Shown here: piece by piece, positions 17,213 to 26,634 of the stretch
Layout of the letters: every line of letters starts with the position of its first letter
How positions within the stretch are numbered: position 1 is the first letter of the stretch
Assembly: GCF_020885515.1 (NCBI RefSeq)
Contig: NZ_AP024987.1
Coordinates: 60,001 to 92,000, forward strand
Source of the DNA: a cyanobacterium endosymbiont of Braarudosphaera bigelowii
GTDB taxonomy: Bacteria; Cyanobacteriota; Cyanobacteriia; Cyanobacteriales; Microcystaceae
Length of the DNA stretch: 32,000 nucleotides
Direction: 5' to 3'
Made by a program: the position numbers and the translations under genes
Notes under the pieces: model-generated
The model's database searches: none
What the model was told of the DNA's origin: nothing
The model's input: the letters and a program-made list of their open reading frames with translations, nothing else

Positions 17213-18667
17213 TTGTTCCTATCCTCAAGTAATATTTATTACTTGAGGAAGATAAAAATTACTTACTATAACAACTTGTCTAATCAATCTTTTTATTCTC
17301 TTAATACACCTTTGTTTGGAACAGATGGAATCCGTGGGAAGGCTGGGGATTTATTAACAGCAGCATTTGCAGTCCAATTAGGTTTTTGGGCTGGACAGGT
17401 ATTAAAATCAGAGAATACTGTTCCAGGTCCTATCATTATCGGTCAAGACTCTCGTAATTCAAGTGATATGCTAGCTATGTCAATAGCTTCAGGTTTAACT
17501 TCTACAGGAATAGATGTATGGTATTTAGGATTATGCCCTACACCTTGTGTAGCTCACATAACAAATATAAGCGAGGCAATAGGAGGAATTATGATTTCTG
17601 CAAGTCATAATCCACCTGAAGATAATGGGATTAAATTCTTTAATGCTCAGGGGATCAAGCTATCCACAGCTATATCTCAGAAAATAGAAGAAGGATTAAG
17701 AGGAGAACTTCCTTTATCTATAAGTCAAGAAAACTCATGGGGCAAAATTTTACATAAAGATAACTTAATCAATGATTATTACGATTTTTTAAAGAGGAAT
17801 CTTCATCCGTCCTTTAACTGCAGAGGAATGAGAATAGTTTTAGATTTAGCTTGGGGCGCTTCAGTTAATATTGCCCCAGACATATTTAATCAACTAGAAG
17901 CTACAGTATTTTCTTTAAATGGAGAACCAAAAGGAGATCTAATTAATGTTAATTGTGGCTCAACTAATTTAAAATTATTGCAACAAGCAGTTAAAAAATA
18001 TAAAGCCGATCTCGGATTTGCTTTTGATGGAGATGCCGATAGAGTAATGGCTGTTGATAATACAGGTAAAATTATAGATGGAGATTTTATCTTATTTCTG
18101 TGGGGAAAATATCTTATGCAAAAAGGTGAACTTCCCAAAAATTTATTAGTTACTACTGTAATGGCAAACCTAGGTTTCGAAAAAGCTTGGGAAAAATTAG
18201 GAGGTACTTTAATACGTACACCAGTTGGTGACCGTCATGTTCAAGCAAAAATGCTAGAAAGTGGTGCTAAGTTAGGTGGTGAACAATCTGGACATATAAT
18301 TTGCCATAATTACGGAATGTCAGGAGATGGTATTCAAACGTCTCTTCAAATATGTTCATTACTTCAACAGTCAGAAACATCTTTGTCTAAGTTAGTTGAG
18401 AATAGTTTTAAGGCCTATCCTCAAATTCTATATAATATTAGATTTAAAAATAGAAATTCACTAAGTCATTGGAAAGATTGTACAGCTTTACAAGAGGGAA
18501 TTCAAATTGCAGAGCAGGCCATGAAATACAATGGACGCCTATTGGTAAGAGCTTCAGGCACAGAGCCATTACTTCGTATCATGATTGAATCAGAATGTTT
18601 TGATACTGCTCAATATTGGACTAACTATTTAATAGCAATAGTTGAAAAACATTTAGACGTTATATGA
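17213..18667 (+). CDS. glmM: Phosphoglucosamine mutase
   Basis: Motifs: 'LFGTDGIRGKAG', active-site Ser loop 'ISASHNPPEDNGIKFF', Mg site 'FDGDADR', 'GGEQSGH' and 'RASGTEPLLRIM'. The listed start is TTG at 17213. The first ~20 codons are unconserved-looking and contain a perfect hairpin. The true start is probably a downstream in-frame TTG (17276 or 17312). Confidence 0.92.
   Translation: MFLSSSNIYYLRKIKITYYNNLSNQSFYSLNTPLFGTDGIRGKAGDLLTAAFAVQLGFWAGQVLKSENTVPGPIIIGQDSRNSSDMLAMSIASGLTSTGIDVWYLGLCPTPCVAHITNISEAIGGIMISASHNPPEDNGIKFFNAQGIKLSTAISQKIEEGLRGELPLSISQENSWGKILHKDNLINDYYDFLKRNLHPSFNCRGMRIVLDLAWGASVNIAPDIFNQLEATVFSLNGEPKGDLINVNCGSTNLKLLQQAVKKYKADLGFAFDGDADRVMAVDNTGKIIDGDFILFLWGKYLMQKGELPKNLLVTTVMANLGFEKAWEKLGGTLIRTPVGDRHVQAKMLESGAKLGGEQSGHIICHNYGMSGDGIQTSLQICSLLQQSETSLSKLVENSFKAYPQILYNIRFKNRNSLSHWKDCTALQEGIQIAEQAMKYNGRLLVRASGTEPLLRIMIESECFDTAQYWTNYLIAIVEKHLDVI
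17223..17248 (+). other. Perfect 11-bp stem hairpin at the nominal 5' end of glmM
   Basis: CCTCAAGTAAT-ATTT-ATTACTTGAGG. It lies within the first 12 codons of the maximal ORF, upstream of the conserved GlmM core. Confidence 0.7.
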
Positions 18668-18688
18668 GTTACAAAAATGTGAATCACA

Positions 18689-19441
18689 TCAGTTTTTGTT
18701 AGTTAAAATTTCATATCCTTTATGTGTTACTAGAACTGTATGTTCAAATTGTGCAGACAAGCCATGATCAATAGTTACAACAGTCCAACCATCTGATAAT
18801 ATCTTTGTATATTTTGATTTTTGGTTTACTATTGGTTCGATTGTAAAAATCATTCCAGCTTTTAATTTAATATCAAAATTTTGGTTAGATAAAGAATTAA
18901 ATATTATTGGTTCTTCATGTAAGTTATATCCTATACCATGACCTGTGTATTCTTCGACTATTGTATAGTCATATTTATGAATAACTTTCTCAATAGCAAT
19001 TGCTATATCTGATAAATAATGACCCTCTTTAACTTTTTTAATACCTGCGTATAGAGCTTCTTTAGTAGCTTTAATTAATCGGGATGCTTCTAACGATACT
19101 TTATTTATGGGAATTGTAATACAAGAATCTCCATGAAATCCTTGATAATATACACCTATATCTACTTTAACAATGTCACCAAACATGATTATTCTTTGAT
19201 AAGTTGGAATACCATGGCTTACTTCATTGTTAATACTTATGCAAATTGAATGAAGATATCCACAGTAACCTTTAAAGCTAGGTTCTGCATTCATTTCTTT
19301 TATTCTATATTCAGCATAATTATCTATATCTTTTGTCGTAACACCAGGTTTTATAATTCCTTCAATTTCATCTAAAATTTTAGAGACAATGTAAGAAGAA
19401 TGGCGCATTATCTTAATTTCTTTATCTGATTTAATCTGCAT
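18689..19441 (-). CDS. map: Type I methionine aminopeptidase
   Basis: 250 aa. Metal ligands appear in canonical context: 'VKVDIGV..GFHGDS', 'GHGIG..HEEP' and 'FTIEP...AQFEHTVLVT'. Confidence 0.93.
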   Translation of the reverse strand: MQIKSDKEIKIMRHSSYIVSKILDEIEGIIKPGVTTKDIDNYAEYRIKEMNAEPSFKGYCGYLHSICISINNEVSHGIPTYQRIIMFGDIVKVDIGVYYQGFHGDSCITIPINKVSLEASRLIKATKEALYAGIKKVKEGHYLSDIAIAIEKVIHKYDYTIVEEYTGHGIGYNLHEEPIIFNSLSNQNFDIKLKAGMIFTIEPIVNQKSKYTKILSDGWTVVTIDHGLSAQFEHTVLVTHKGYEILTNKN

Positions 19442-19530
19442 AGCTTAAAAAAACAAGATTGACTAAAACACTTATTTTACATAACTAAAAAACATTTATT
19501 TATAAATTTAAAAAAGAAATTCTATACTAT

Positions 19531-20370
19531 TTATCCTTTAACTGCACCAGCTGTTAGCCCTTCTACAATTCTCTTTTGAAAAAATAAAACCAGTAGAATC
19601 AACGGAAAAGTCCCTAGGACTGTAGCAGCTGAGATAGGGCCATACGGAATTTCAAACACGCTTGAACCACCAATTTGGGCTGTTGCGACGGGAATAGTTT
19701 TCATTGTTTCACGGGTTATAAAAGTAAGAGCAAAAATATACTCGTTCCAAGTAAAGATAAAGGTTAAGATTCCTGTTGTAACTAGAGCAGGAAAAGTTAG
19801 AGGCAGTAAAATCTGGGTTAACATTGGAATAATTTTATAGCCATCTATTCGTGCTGCATCTTCTAATTCTCTAGGTAGTTGTTGAAAGAAGCTACGCATT
19901 ATCAAAATGGTCAATGGTAAGTTTATACCAGAATAAGGAATGATTAAGGCTAAATAATTATTTCCTAAATTTAAAAATCGTATTGTCTCTAATAATCCTA
20001 AGAACAATAAAACATAGGGAAACAAAGATACTATAGAAATTAATACAAGGATAAGATTTTTATGATGAATATTTATTCTTGCAAGTATGTAAGCAGCAGG
20101 AGAACCAATTACTAAACATATAATTGTAGATATTGTAGAAACAATAATACTATTAAAAATGTAGAGAATAAAAGGACGACGTTTAAATAACTCTATATAG
20201 TGTTCAAGAGTTATACGTTGAGGAAAATAAATATTAGGGATAGTAGAAATATCTTCACTAGTCTTTATAGATGTTAAAATTTGCCATATAACTGGAATTA
20301 GAAAAAAAGAGGTAATAAAAAAAATACTAACCCGAAGAAGTACATAGTTGCTATTTTTCTCCCATTTCAT
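19531..20370 (-). CDS. Carbohydrate-type ABC transporter permease (MalG/UgpE-like)
   Basis: Six-TM BPD_transp_1 fold with the EAA loop 'LEDAARIDGYKIIPMLTQILLP'. The maximal ORF starts at a TTG (20412). The ATG at 20370 ('MKWEKNSNY...') is preceded by GAGGAG and gives a typical ~279-aa length. Confidence 0.85.
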   Translation of the reverse strand: MKWEKNSNYVLLRVSIFFITSFFLIPVIWQILTSIKTSEDISTIPNIYFPQRITLEHYIELFKRRPFILYIFNSIIVSTISTIICLVIGSPAAYILARINIHHKNLILVLISIVSLFPYVLLFLGLLETIRFLNLGNNYLALIIPYSGINLPLTILIMRSFFQQLPRELEDAARIDGYKIIPMLTQILLPLTFPALVTTGILTFIFTWNEYIFALTFITRETMKTIPVATAQIGGSSVFEIPYGPISAATVLGTFPLILLVLFFQKRIVEGLTAGAVKG

Positions 20371-20436
20371 TATTTTAATATTCTCCTCTCTTATTTCCCT
20401 TATTCTGAACAATTAGCCTAACGATATTATAGATAT

Positions 20437-21315
20437 TTATCTATCTTTTTTAAAGCTTATTAATAAGATTCCGGCAATTCCAACAACTATTATTAATAGT
20501 AAAAAAGTTATTACAACCAATGCAGCACCATAACCGAAATCTAGGTATCTCATAACTGTTGCATAAATATAAATAGAAACAGTTTCTGTCGCCCCGGCAG
20601 GACCTCCTCCTGTTATGACTTGAACTAAATCAAATACACCAAAGGCTTGTGCAAATCTAAATAATATTGCAATTAGAACTTGTGGCATAATTAGTGGCAA
20701 GGTGATCTGGCAGAAACTTTGCCAAGGTTTTGCTCCATCTATAGCATGTGCTTCATACAAATCTTGTGGGATTGATTGTAAGCCTGATAGCAAAATAATA
20801 CCAAGAAATGGAGTTGTTTTCCATACATCTGCAATAATCAAAACAATCATAGCCAAAGTTGGATTACCTAACCAATTAATTCCAGTATGAATGATGCCCA
20901 AACGTTGTAAAATATCATTAACAACTCCATACTGATCATTAAAAATCCATGCCCAGGCCAATCCCATTATTGCAGTCGGTAACGCCCAAGGAATCATAGA
21001 AATAACTCTAACAGCACCTCTACCGAAAAAGGTTTGGTTTAAAGTTAAGGCCAAAATCATTCCTAAAATTAATTCTAAAGTAACACTTATCGCAGTAAAT
21101 ATAGATGTATTCCAAATGGCTTGTAAAAAACGTCCATCTCTTGCCATTCGAAAATAATTTGATAATCCTGAGAAAATAGGTTCTAGCTGAGTACCAAGAT
21201 TTTTAGTAAATAAACTTAATAAAAATGCACTTGCAATTGGATAAATAAATACAAAAATCAATAAAAGTAAGGCTGGAAGCATTATTAGCCAGCCTGTTTG
21301 ATTTTCATTTTTCAT
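20437..21315 (-). CDS. Carbohydrate-type ABC transporter permease (MalF/UgpA-like)
   Basis: 292 aa with the EAA loop 'LYEAHAIDGAKPWQSFCQITLP'. It lies directly upstream of the MalG-like gene on the same strand. Confidence 0.88.
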   Translation of the reverse strand: MKNENQTGWLIMLPALLLLIFVFIYPIASAFLLSLFTKNLGTQLEPIFSGLSNYFRMARDGRFLQAIWNTSIFTAISVTLELILGMILALTLNQTFFGRGAVRVISMIPWALPTAIMGLAWAWIFNDQYGVVNDILQRLGIIHTGINWLGNPTLAMIVLIIADVWKTTPFLGIILLSGLQSIPQDLYEAHAIDGAKPWQSFCQITLPLIMPQVLIAILFRFAQAFGVFDLVQVITGGGPAGATETVSIYIYATVMRYLDFGYGAALVVITFLLLIIVVGIAGILLISFKKDR

Positions 21316-21406
21316 CTTAGGTAAATTATTACAACATAATAAGATTCTAACCAGAAATTATAAATATTATTTAATCAAAAAGATATTTTGAATCTATTCT
21401 ATTTCT

Positions 21407-22513
21407 TCAGGTTTCTGTTTTATTCAATGTCTTGTTTTGTTTTTTTCTATAGCTATTCAACATTAAAATCATTAAAGTTAATATAGTAATAGGAATTACA
21501 AAAAATGACATAATGCTACCAAAAATAGGCAATCCGTGATGTCCTGTAGAATATAATACTAAGTATGTTGTATAAGCAACATAATAACTTAGAAACAAAA
21601 AGCCTTCCCAACGTCTGATAATGTTTTCTGTAAAAAAGATAGGCAGACATGCCACTTCGATAGCTATCATTACTGGTAAATCAAAATGTAAAGCAGCATC
21701 AGAAACAGGAACTCCTGTCGGTGAAGCTATAGCACAAATAGCTAGTACAGTTAAAATATTAAAGATATTGCTACCGATAACATTTCCTACAGCAATATCT
21801 CTTTCTCCCTTTAATGCTGCGACGGCTGAAGTTGCCAGCTCAGGCAAAGATGTTCCTGTAGCTACAATTGTTAAGCCAATAATCAAATCGCTTACTCCAA
21901 TTTTACGGGCAATCTCTGTTGCACTATCAACTAACCATTGAGATCCCAATACCAAGCATCCTACACCCAATAAAATAAATATAATGTCTTTAATAAATCT
22001 ACTAAAGGATAGAGGTGAAATCTTACTTTCATCATCATTAGGGTTTGAATTACTTGACTCTTTTGCCCCTTTATAAATTAAAAAAGTAGTGTATATAACA
22101 CCACCAATCAATAAAATGATTCCGTCAGAACGATGTATTGTACGATCTAGCCCGAAGAAAAAAGTTAAAATTGATACTCCAATCATAATAGGAACATCTA
22201 AACGAATTAATTGTTGAGCAACTATCAATGGAATAGCTAAAGAAGATATTCCTAAAATGACTAAAATATTAAAAATATTACTGCCAATAACATTTCCTAG
22301 AGCTAGATCTGCTTGACCGGCTAAACTTGACTGAACAGCTACTGCCATTTCCGGAGAGCTAGTCCCGTAAGAAACAATAGTTAGTCCTACAACTAAAGGG
22401 GAAATTCCGAGACTTGAAGTTATATCAGCAGCCCCTCTAACTAAAACTTCTGCACCGACCATCAACAGGACAATTCCAGCCACTAACAAACCAAAAACTA
22501 AGATAAAACTCAT
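21407..22513 (-). CDS. CaCA-family Ca2+/Na+(K+) antiporter (YrbG/NCKX-like)
   Basis: 368 aa, polytopic. It has two alpha-repeat signatures, 'GNVIGSNIFNILVILG' and 'GNVIGSNIFNILTVLA', each preceded by 'GTSSPE'/'GTSLPE'. Confidence 0.9.
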   Translation of the reverse strand: MSFILVFGLLVAGIVLLMVGAEVLVRGAADITSSLGISPLVVGLTIVSYGTSSPEMAVAVQSSLAGQADLALGNVIGSNIFNILVILGISSLAIPLIVAQQLIRLDVPIMIGVSILTFFFGLDRTIHRSDGIILLIGGVIYTTFLIYKGAKESSNSNPNDDESKISPLSFSRFIKDIIFILLGVGCLVLGSQWLVDSATEIARKIGVSDLIIGLTIVATGTSLPELATSAVAALKGERDIAVGNVIGSNIFNILTVLAICAIASPTGVPVSDAALHFDLPVMIAIEVACLPIFFTENIIRRWEGFLFLSYYVAYTTYLVLYSTGHHGLPIFGSIMSFFVIPITILTLMILMLNSYRKKQNKTLNKTET

Positions 22514-22537
22514 TCAGATCTCTAATAATTATTGGGA

Positions 22538-22586
22538 TAGAAAAGTAAACAAATAGGCTTTTTCAGCCTAGCCATAAAAGCCTATT
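22538..22586 (-). promoter_or_regulatory. Terminator-like hairpin + U-rich tail in the immediate 5' region of the antiporter gene (candidate attenuator)
   Basis: In the minus sense the sequence is AATAGGCTTTT-[13 nt]-AAAAGCCTATT (perfect 11-bp stem) followed by TGTTTACTTTTCT. The tail ends about 25 nt before the ATG at 22513. Confidence 0.5.
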
Positions 22587-23168
22587 AGACTATAATATTT
22601 GAGACTCTTATCTAGTACTTTTTGTGTAGCTCAAAAAAATGTTTTTATTAAAACTAAATCTTAGCCTTGTAAATCTTGCTGTACTTGGGTTATAGGCACT
22701 TTCTGTTATCATCCTATTACGAACATTCCAAAAATAATAAAAATAGTATCCAATTCAAATTATTTGAATTCAGTACTGTTTTCAACTACAAGATTGTAAA
22801 TACATTTGTGAGAGAAAGCAAGTAAGATAACAAATTTAAGTTTAGTAAAACGTTATTTTATAAATTACCTTTGTATATAAAAATAATTCTATTACTCTAC
22901 ATAAATTAGTGTTTTATCTCAAACGGTAAGTAAATTTTATATTATCTTATTATATAAGCTAGATTCGCATATAGATTTATAAATAGAAAAGTATTACTAT
23001 CTATGCATTAATAAATATTAAAATCTTATAAATCAGCCAGAACTCATAGACACGATAAACATATCTAAGTTTTCAAACTTAAAATTAACTTGGTCAAGAG
23101 CCATTTTAATACATTTAGAAATTATACTTTTCTATACAAGGTTCTTCTATTTTACCAACATAAGTTTT

Positions 23169-24944
23169 TTATATAGGGTAAATTCTTAATCTGCGGTTAG
23201 GTTCTTCTCCAGAGCTATCTGACTGTAAACGATAATGTTCAATTAGTTCATGTTGCATGCCTCGCACTTTAGGAGATCTTGGTAATAGTTCTACTGGTTG
23301 ACATTTAGGTAAAACAATTTGCTCAATTGCTAATCTTGCCTCCTCTAAAGCTTCCAATTCGTCATCATTATCTCCTCTAGTAAAAAGACGTAAATCAGCT
23401 GTTTTAGAAACTTGCATTTCACTAACTCCTAGTAATTTTTGTAAAGTGCAAGTGATTTGAGGAATAGTATTAGATTTCACGCCATGAATAGGAATTTGTC
23501 TCATTTTGGTCACTTGGCGTAGTTTTGATTGATTTTTTAAGTATGAGCGTAATGCAAGAACTACATCAGCACTGTCTAGATCCTTTGTTACCATAATTGG
23601 TAGCTGAAGAATCTTAATAACTTGTTCTAAATGAGATCTACCTATTCCATAAGGATAAACATAGATAGGAAGATCTTCTCCTTCTAGATTAAATGTTTTT
23701 GCTTTACTTCCGTTATCTTTATTCTCGAATTGATACCAGGAAGCATCTAATAGTTTATCAAATTCTAATGTTTCACCTAATTTATTTGCATCTTTACTTC
23801 TTAAGGAAGGAATAGGTATCATTTTACCGGAAGCTCGCCATCCTCTTGGTTGTGTAGCAGTTTTAGGTTGTTGACGATACTCAGGTGTTTTTAAAAGTTC
23901 AGTATCATCAAATGTTTCTTGAGCGATGTTAATCTCTCCATCTTGATTAACTGTTCGTATTTCAGTATTAGGCTTTCCACTACGAAGTAGGGTGTCTATC
24001 GTATACGCTACATCTTGATGGATACTCCATTTTTGACGTTCTAACATCTCAACTGCAATTTCGAAAGTAGGAGGAGCTTTGCGCTCCAGAACAGTTTTTT
24101 GGCAACCTCTTCGTTTTGCTTCTTCATCTCCAAGTGTAACAGCTTGAATTCCTCCTACTAAATCAGAAAGAGTTGGATTTTTCATTAAGTTTTCAATTTC
24201 ATTTCCATGAGCTGTCCCAACCAACTGAACACCTCTCTCAGCAATAGTACGAGCAGCTAAAGCTTCTAACTCTGTTCCAATTTCATCAATAACTATGACC
24301 TCTGGCATATGATTTTCAACTGCTTCAATCATTACTTTATGCTGTAGTTCAGGCGTAGATACTTGCATTCTTCTCGCTTTACCGATTGAGGGATGGGGAA
24401 CATCACTATCTCCGGCAATTTCGTTAGAAGTATCTATAATAACGACTCGTTTATGAAAATCATCGGCGAGGACTCTTGCAATTTCACGTAATGCAGTTGT
24501 TTTTCCTACACCTGGCCGACCTAATAGAAGAAGCGATTTTCCTATTTCTACTAAGTCTCGAATTATAGATATACTTCCAAAGACAGCTCTCCCTATACGG
24601 CAAGTTAGCCCAACAACACTTCCTTTTCTATTGCGTATAGCGCTAATACGATGTAAGGTCTTTTCAATTCCTGCGCGATTATCATCGCTAAAAGTCCCTA
24701 TCCTTTGAATAGTATATTCTAAATCAGCAGCAGAAATTGAAGTCGTTCCTAAATAAATAGCATATTCAGAAAAGCGAGCTTCCGGCAGTCTTCCTAAGTC
24801 CATGACTACTTCTATTAAATGATTACATTCTGGATGATTTTTAATGTGATGATAAATATTTGGTGGTAAAACATCTAGAAGTTTATTTAGTTCATCGGTA
24901 ATTTGGATAGGCTGAAATGAATCTTTTTGAGGTATAAATGCCAC
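23169..24944 (-). CDS. ycf45: Ycf45-like AAA/P-loop ATPase (SpoIIIAA-like) with C-terminal R3H-type nucleic-acid-binding region
   Basis: 591 aa. Walker A is '[18 protein letters not shown]' and Walker B is 'VIVIDEIGT'. 'GTAHG' and '[10 protein letters not shown]' are typical of cyanobacterial/plastid Ycf45. A long C-terminal extension ends 'RRLRIYP'. Confidence 0.8.
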   Translation of the reverse strand: MAFIPQKDSFQPIQITDELNKLLDVLPPNIYHHIKNHPECNHLIEVVMDLGRLPEARFSEYAIYLGTTSISAADLEYTIQRIGTFSDDNRAGIEKTLHRISAIRNRKGSVVGLTCRIGRAVFGSISIIRDLVEIGKSLLLLGRPGVGKTTALREIARVLADDFHKRVVIIDTSNEIAGDSDVPHPSIGKARRMQVSTPELQHKVMIEAVENHMPEVIVIDEIGTELEALAARTIAERGVQLVGTAHGNEIENLMKNPTLSDLVGGIQAVTLGDEEAKRRGCQKTVLERKAPPTFEIAVEMLERQKWSIHQDVAYTIDTLLRSGKPNTEIRTVNQDGEINIAQETFDDTELLKTPEYRQQPKTATQPRGWRASGKMIPIPSLRSKDANKLGETLEFDKLLDASWYQFENKDNGSKAKTFNLEGEDLPIYVYPYGIGRSHLEQVIKILQLPIMVTKDLDSADVVLALRSYLKNQSKLRQVTKMRQIPIHGVKSNTIPQITCTLQKLLGVSEMQVSKTADLRLFTRGDNDDELEALEEARLAIEQIVLPKCQPVELLPRSPKVRGMQHELIEHYRLQSDSSGEEPNRRLRIYPI

Positions 24945-25642
24945 TGTTTTTGATTAAAAAATATGTAAAATTATCTAGAAGGCAATTTGTCTTTATAACA
25001 AGACATTCCACAGAATTCGTGAATAGAATAATTACAGGATTAGAAATTACATTCTCTAATTCTTCAATTAATTTAAAAATATAATATGTACTTACAGTAA
25101 TTTTTTGAGCAAGATATAAAAAATAAGTGTTATTTTTAACAATTGTTTATATACAGTTTAAATTTTGCTTTATTCATGTGTTTTGTGGAAAAGTTAACTA
25201 ATAATGAGAACTTGATATAGTGTTATAGTTATTACTAATCTTACCCGATTATAGAACAATATAATTGAGTTGTAACATCATATAAATTTCTTTCAATTAT
25301 TTTTAAAATAAGATAAAAGAGAACTGAGGCAGGACAAATAATCACAAGACTTATTTATTTAAAATTTTTTAATGCTCGCTATTTCTTGGTTAAAAGTTAT
25401 TAATCAAAATTATATAAAGTTCCAGAAAACTACATATTAAGGACGCTGCTCTTCATAACAGGTAATTTTACTACGATAATTCATAATATTCCGGATATAT
25501 TAAAGCTGTTAAATTAGCAGGTTTAAGTATTTTTTTAAACTAAATATTCAGTTTAAGATAAATAAGATCTATAGAAATTACTTTATGTTTTTAAAGTTTT
25601 ATTTAATTCAGAATTATGTCAAAGCAAAACTAATATAATCTC

Positions 25643-25671
25643 TTGACATTGTAATTAATTCAAGTTAAGAT
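25643..25671 (+). promoter_or_regulatory. Near-consensus sigma70-type promoter of the ribosomal protein operon
   Basis: Consensus -35 TTGACA (25643-25648), an exact 17-nt spacer, then -10 TAAGAT (25666-25671). The predicted transcription start is near 25678, about 280 nt upstream of rplC. Confidence 0.6.
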
Positions 25672-25677
25672 TATGAG

Positions 25678-25956
25678 TCGGGGTTAAAAATTATAAAATA
25701 GTTTTTATTTTAGGGCAGATAAAAGAATCGCTTTAAGATACTGGAGACATAAAACTTTAAGTCTTAGAGAGCAACGGTGATAAAGCCCAGTCCGTCCTGC
25801 GATGAGCAATAAATAATCATCACTTTTTTTGATCGATACCACCAAGTTTTACATTGAGTGTGTATCCTTAAAAGCAAGCAGGAATTTCCTGTGTATGCTT
25901 AGAACGATTAATACCGTTCAGGCAATCTTGTTGTCTAGTTCATAGAGGAAAAAACC
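25678..25956 (+). promoter_or_regulatory. Long structured 5' leader of the rplC operon
   Basis: Noticeably more GC-rich than the surrounding spacer. Contains several hairpins: 25771-25800, 25801-25821 followed by T7, 25872-25900 (AAGCA/GCAGGA...TCCTGT/TGCTT) and 25902-25919 (GAACG/CGTTC). A Shine-Dalgarno AGAGGA lies at 25943-25948. Confidence 0.5.
25771..25830 (+). terminator. Attenuator-like element inside the rplC leader
   Basis: The first hairpin is GCAACGG...CCGT(cc)TGC. It is followed by a short hairpin GATGA-[11 nt]-TCATC and an uninterrupted T7 run (25824-25830), about 125 nt before the rplC start. Confidence 0.4.
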
Positions 25957-26595
25957 GTGGCTATTGGTCTTCTCGGTACCAAACTCGGTATGACCCAAAT
26001 ATTTGATGATGAAACAGGACTTGCTATTCCTGTGACTATCATGAAAGTAGGTCCTTGTACCATTACCCAAATAAAAACATCCGATACCGATGGATATAAT
26101 GCTGTTCAAATCGGCTATTCAGAGGTTAAAGAAAAGGCTTTGGCTAAGCCAGAGTTAGGTCATCTAAAAAAAGCTGGCGCCTTACCCTTACGTCATCTTA
26201 AGGAATATCGCGTTGACGATACACAACCTTATAAGCTAGGAGAAACAGTTAACGCTGATCTCTTTAATGCAGGCGATTTGGTAGATATTACAGGAACATC
26301 CATGGGGAGAGGTTTTGCTGGATATCAGAAGCGTCATAATTTTAAACGTGGCAACATGACTCATGGTTCCAAAAGTCATCGATTACCTGGTTCTACTGGT
26401 GCAGGAACAACTCCTGGAAGAGTTTACCCTGGTAAAAAGATGGCTGGTCAATATGGTGCCAGTCAAGTTACTACTCGTCATCTAAAAGTTGTTCAAGTAG
26501 ATGCTGAATGTAATCTTTTATTAATTAAAGGAGCTGTTCCTGGTAAGCCAGGAGGACTTCTAAACATTATACCAACTAAAATTGTTGGTAAGTAA
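25957..26595 (+). CDS. rplC: 50S ribosomal protein L3
   Basis: Starts '[16 protein letters not shown]' from a GTG preceded by AGAGGA. 212 aa. Confidence 0.97.
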   Translation: MAIGLLGTKLGMTQIFDDETGLAIPVTIMKVGPCTITQIKTSDTDGYNAVQIGYSEVKEKALAKPELGHLKKAGALPLRHLKEYRVDDTQPYKLGETVNADLFNAGDLVDITGTSMGRGFAGYQKRHNFKRGNMTHGSKSHRLPGSTGAGTTPGRVYPGKKMAGQYGASQVTTRHLKVVQVDAECNLLLIKGAVPGKPGGLLNIIPTKIVGK

Positions 26596-26634
26596 TCAAG
26601 AACAGTTAATTAAACGAGAAACAAATCAAAAACA

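Noticed and set aside
25918-26109. 63-aa minus-strand ORF spanning the rplC start
   Set aside because: It is antisense to the highly conserved L3 N-terminus and ribosome-binding site, and shows no independent support.
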